Source: a virus (lineage: Duplodnaviria > Caudoviricetes). From it: a DNA stretch of 47,670 nucleotides. Under the pieces are notes generated by a model, which made no database searches, had not been told where the DNA came from, and worked only from the letters and a program-made list of their open reading frames with translations. This document shows, in pieces, positions 44,809-47,670 of the stretch. Location: positions 1 through 47,670 of the IMG/VR virus record IMGVR_UViG_3300011403_000017. The stretch is one strand, 5' to 3'. The position numbers and the translations under genes were made by a program. How positions within the stretch are numbered: position 1 is the stretch's first letter; every line of letters begins with the position of its first letter.

Positions 44809-45621
44809 ATGCCTACTATGTCGAGTGTCAACTTTGACGCACTTTACTGCATGTTCAAGGGCGAGCCGGGGACGCGTAAGTCTACTCAGGCTCTTAGTTT
44901 TCCGGGGCCACAGTTCTGGTTTTCATGGGACCGTAAGATGAACGGTATTTTCTTGCCCATGAAGAAGTGGAACATCGACCCCTCCACTATCTCATACGAG
45001 GACTATGACGATTGGACTAAGCCCAAGCAGAAGTTAGAACAGCTTCAGACCAACTGCCCCTATAAGACTATCGTTCTGGATTCGATAACCTCATGCGCGG
45101 ATATGACTCTGCGTCAAACGACTAAACTCAAATACGGGCAGAAGAGAGCAAGTGGAGCGCAGGCAGGCAAGCTAGTTGCGGGTATTGCAGTCAACGAAAT
45201 AGAAGACTACAACGCTGAGTCAGCCGCACTCCAAGAGCTTATCGCCCTGACGAAAGACATTCATTCGTATCACAGGGTCAACATCATTTTGATTGCACAC
45301 GTCGTCAAAGCAGAATACCGCGACACGACGAAGAACGTGACACATATTTCCCGTCAAATCGTTACGGCGGGAAAGAACGTGGCGGCGAAACTCCCTGCGT
45401 ATTGTGGTGAAGTCTATCACTTCAATATCAAGAGAGGATTCGACGCTACACAAGGAGGTGACTATAGTCTATTGACAGAGCACACAGGGGACGATTTTGC
45501 ACGCACTGCATTAGGACTTGACAAAGAAATTGTGTTTGGTGATAAACCCTTCTACGATACTTGGATTAAACCAGCTATTGCAAAGTTGGGAGCAATGGAT
45601 GCACCCGCAACCAAGTTCTGA
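44809..45621 (+). CDS. AAA_24/Sak4-like P-loop ATPase (recombination/annealing)
   Basis: GEPGTRKST, TIVLDSIT and NIILIAH; lies between the nuclease and SSB-like genes. Confidence 0.8.
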   Translation: MPTMSSVNFDALYCMFKGEPGTRKSTQALSFPGPQFWFSWDRKMNGIFLPMKKWNIDPSTISYEDYDDWTKPKQKLEQLQTNCPYKTIVLDSITSCADMTLRQTTKLKYGQKRASGAQAGKLVAGIAVNEIEDYNAESAALQELIALTKDIHSYHRVNIILIAHVVKAEYRDTTKNVTHISRQIVTAGKNVAAKLPAYCGEVYHFNIKRGFDATQGGDYSLLTEHTGDDFARTALGLDKEIVFGDKPFYDTWIKPAIAKLGAMDAPATKF

Positions 45622-46051
45622 TGATTTGATTCGTCTTGAAGCTAAGACAATAAAGGATGTTTGTTGGTTGTGGCAAGGCTCTAAGAGTGGTGATGGATAC
45701 GGGCGTATCAGATTTATGGGCAGGCTTGTAGGAACACACAGACTCTCAGCAGCTATTTATCTTGGCTACAATATATTTGATGAAACTTATCAGGTATTAC
45801 ATAACGCTGAATGTCCAAACAGACACTGTTGGAATCCTGACCATCTTCATATAGGAACCAACGTGGACAATCATGCAGAGAGACAACCAAAATCTCATTG
45901 TGTTAATGGACATGAGTTCACTCCAGATAACACGTTCATTAATCCAAGGGGTAGGAAGGAATGCAGAACATGTCGCCGTAACGCCACACAACACTACAAA
46001 CGACAGTTAGCAGAAGCAATACGCAAGTACAACGACACAACGAAGTTCTAA
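45599..46051 (+). CDS. HNH homing endonuclease with Zn-binding module
   Basis: CWLWQG..GYG..THRLS..VLH..CWNPDHL..N; CVNGHEFTPDNT..CRTC. Confidence 0.88.
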   Translation: MHPQPSSDDLIRLEAKTIKDVCWLWQGSKSGDGYGRIRFMGRLVGTHRLSAAIYLGYNIFDETYQVLHNAECPNRHCWNPDHLHIGTNVDNHAERQPKSHCVNGHEFTPDNTFINPRGRKECRTCRRNATQHYKRQLAEAIRKYNDTTKF

Positions 46052-46065
46052 TAGGAGAAACGCTT

Positions 46066-46464
46066 GTGACTATCATCAGCTTTACGGATTCGGACCTCCA
46101 GCGCAATCGTGTGGTGGAGCCTGCGTACTACGTGTTGAGCATCGAGGGACACCGCACCTGGACGCCGACCAAGGATGGGCAGAGCAACAACTGCCATATG
46201 GATTGCATCATCGAGAAGAACGCGGACAACGGGTCCACAGACTTCTCAGGCGTACCCATCATCCTCCAGTTCAACGATAAGCCCGGAGCCAAGGGCTTTA
46301 TCGAGGGATTCCTGCGCGCAATGGGCGTAGACATTCAGGCCAACACGCGCTACGACCTCCAGAGCGCCGTTGGGAAGAAGATTGAAGCGTTCGTCGAGAA
46401 CGACACCTACAATGGTCGGCTCGTGAACAAGGTCAACCACAAGTATCGCGTGTTGCGCGGCTAG
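46066..46464 (+). CDS. Putative single-stranded DNA-binding protein (DUF669-like OB fold)
   Basis: VEPAYY..; VGKKIEAFVENDTYNGRLVNKV; follows the Sak4-like gene; SD aggag. Confidence 0.65.
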   Translation: MTIISFTDSDLQRNRVVEPAYYVLSIEGHRTWTPTKDGQSNNCHMDCIIEKNADNGSTDFSGVPIILQFNDKPGAKGFIEGFLRAMGVDIQANTRYDLQSAVGKKIEAFVENDTYNGRLVNKVNHKYRVLRG

Positions 46465-46467
46465 TCT

Positions 46468-46599
46468 TGATTGGTGGTTCTCGGCAGCTTCGATTTATGA
46501 AGAAGGGACGCGTCGGAATAATCCCAGTTATTTCCTTTAGTGGAACCCTGAACTGGATTAGAGCTGCGTGCCAAAATATCCCGGCCACCAATCATTTTT
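46468..46599 (+). ncRNA. Candidate structured RNA (unknown family)
   Basis: Nested stems TGATTGGTGG/CCACCAATCA, GCAGCT/AGCTGC and AATCC(C)AGTT/AACTGGATT, followed by T5. Confidence 0.45.
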
Positions 46600-46603
46600 A
46601 TGA

Positions 46604-46645
46604 CCCACCGGAACATATGGCCTTACGTGTTCCGGTGGGACTTTT
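46604..46645 (+). terminator. 12-bp hairpin followed by a short T-run
   Basis: CCCACCGGAACA/TGTTCCGGTGGG then actttt. Confidence 0.55.
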
Positions 46646-46671
46646 CTACAGGCCCAACTACAGAGGACGCA

Positions 46672-46839
46672 ATGGAACACTACGAGACAGCGGACGAGGA
46701 ACAGCAGGAATTGCCTTTCGAGGAGACAGATGATGTTGTCATTCTAGACGACAAGGACGACCTCTTGAAAGAAGATGAGGACGACGACGAATACGAGGAC
46801 GAAGACGAACCTGAAGATGAGGATTCATTGGACGAGTAG
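46672..46839 (+). CDS. Highly acidic mini-protein (55 aa, 32 D/E)
   Basis: SD gagga; composition counted by hand. Confidence 0.7.
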   Translation: MEHYETADEEQQELPFEETDDVVILDDKDDLLKEDEDDDEYEDEDEPEDEDSLDE

Positions 46840-46857
46840 GCCACTCGCCTGATGATA

Positions 46858-46903
46858 GGGGGCGTGTCTAATACTGACACAATCAGATTACAGACACGCC
46901 CCC
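46858..46903 (+). other. Long hairpin upstream of the second CSD gene
   Basis: GGGGGCGTGTCT/AGACACGCCCCC plus inner aat-ctga/tcag-att. Confidence 0.65.
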
Positions 46904-46911
46904 GCTCTTAA

Positions 46912-47205
46912 ATGAGAACACGAATGCAGGACACTAACAAAATAATTGGACGTATCATCAAAGTAAGCAAATCTGGTTGGGGGTTTATCTCCTCCAGAGA
47001 CATCGAATTTACGCGCATTTTCTTTCATTGGACTGCCATAAGACAAGACTCTTTACCATTTCTAGAGTTACGGACTGGCATGTTAGTAGAGTTTACCCCG
47101 CTCCAAATACCTGGTAAGGGTTGGCGTGCTGTGCATGTACGGGTAGTCGAAAGAGAGAAGCCTGATGAACCACCCACCTCTGAAATGCCCGCACTGTCAG
47201 AATGA
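46912..47205 (+). CDS. Cold-shock domain protein (second copy)
   Basis: GRIIKV..GWGFIS (RNP1), IFFHWTAI (RNP2), LRTGMLVEF..GKGWRAVHV. Confidence 0.85.
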   Translation: MRTRMQDTNKIIGRIIKVSKSGWGFISSRDIEFTRIFFHWTAIRQDSLPFLELRTGMLVEFTPLQIPGKGWRAVHVRVVEREKPDEPPTSEMPALSE

Positions 47206-47305
47206 CGATGAGGACTTAATCGAAGTAGTCCAAACTCGCAAGCATTATCTCATGTGCGTGTGTGAAGTTTGCGCTAAAATGTTTGAGGTGAGACTAGATG
47301 GATGA
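47165..47305 (+). CDS. Small zinc-ribbon protein (46 aa)
   Basis: Read by hand: KCPHCQN..CEVCAKMF. Confidence 0.6.
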   Translation: MNHPPLKCPHCQNDDEDLIEVVQTRKHYLMCVCEVCAKMFEVRLDG

Positions 47306-47483
47306 TTTCCAGAAGGAACTAGTGACTGACCTGATTAAGAACTGGAGTGATGCAGAATTGGAGGCATACGTTGCCGAACTAAATACACGCGCTGTCCAAC
47401 TCGACAATTGGATTAGACACGTCAAGACTCTCCGTAAGAAGAAGCGCAAGAGGCCAATGGACACGGGGGTGCGTGGTGGATAG
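47298..47483 (+). CDS. Hypothetical protein (61 aa)
   Basis: SD gaggtg; helical with a basic tail. Confidence 0.7.
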   Translation: MDDFQKELVTDLIKNWSDAELEAYVAELNTRAVQLDNWIRHVKTLRKKKRKRPMDTGVRGG

Positions 47484-47670
47484 GAAATACGTCCCTGGTT
47501 GTGGCCCCGTTGGAGCCAAGCTCATGATTCTGGGCGAAGCCCCTGCGCGTGAGGAAACATTTGCAGGACGCCCCTTCGTCGGGGCAAGTGGACGCGAATT
47601 GGATAGGATTCTTGCGGACGCAGGGATTAACAGGTCGGATTGTTGGATAAGTAACGTCTGTAAGTACGAA
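47476..47670 (+). CDS. polA: 5' part of the UDG-PolA fusion: family-4-like uracil-DNA glycosylase domain (continues at nt 12)
   Basis: VPGCGP..LMILGEAPAREE..GRPFVGASGRELDRIL..CWISNVCK. Confidence 0.9.
   Translation, partial: MDRKYVPGCGPVGAKLMILGEAPAREETFAGRPFVGASGRELDRILADAGINRSDCWISNVCKYE

Noticed and set aside
46467-46733. 88-aa ORF over the structured region
   Set aside because: It has a TTG start without an SD, no motifs, and overlaps the better-supported acidic ORF and RNA stems.
46849-46910. Hammerhead ribozyme (CTGATGA directly before a long stem)
   Set aside because: The stem is not followed by the required GAAA, and no stem I/III arrangement is evident.

Overview
The window is best read as a complete, circularly permuted ~47.66 kb tailed-phage genome with podovirus-like gene content. 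The last 11 nt (gtaagtacgaa) repeat the first 11 nt, and one reading frame runs across that junction. It gives an ~850-aa uracil-DNA-glycosylase-family-A DNA polymerase fusion, which the ORF track only partly shows. There are two divergent arms. The minus-strand late arm (35325 to 4686) carries candidate TerS, TerL, portal, scaffold, capsid, decoration, adaptor/nozzle, tail fibres and three ejection-type proteins. The plus-strand early/replication arm (35970 to 47670, continuing 1 to 4685) carries small Zn-finger proteins, an SprT-SNF2 fusion, a PD-(D/E)XK nuclease, a Sak4/AAA_24-like ATPase, an SSB-like protein, two cold-shock-domain proteins, UDG-PolA and a DUF3987-like ATPase. Four free-standing AT-rich endonuclease genes (2 HNH, 2 EndoVII) are inserted. 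I recognised no integrase, repressor, tRNA, CRISPR array, primase or classical endolysin. The most notable items are: (1) a 1869-aa putative ejected protein carrying a GHKL (HSP90/MORC-like) ATPase plus an HExxH zincin; (2) an early SprT-protease-SNF2 fusion, making ATPase-coupled zincins appear twice; (3) a stand-alone copy of the DUF3987-like protein's C-terminal domain; (4) non-canonical PolA O-helix and ExoIII residues; (5) an unannotated multi-stem RNA and hairpin array around a 58%-acidic mini-protein; (6) an iteron/G4/T-tract origin candidate. All family calls come from motif recognition by eye; no database search or folding program was run.
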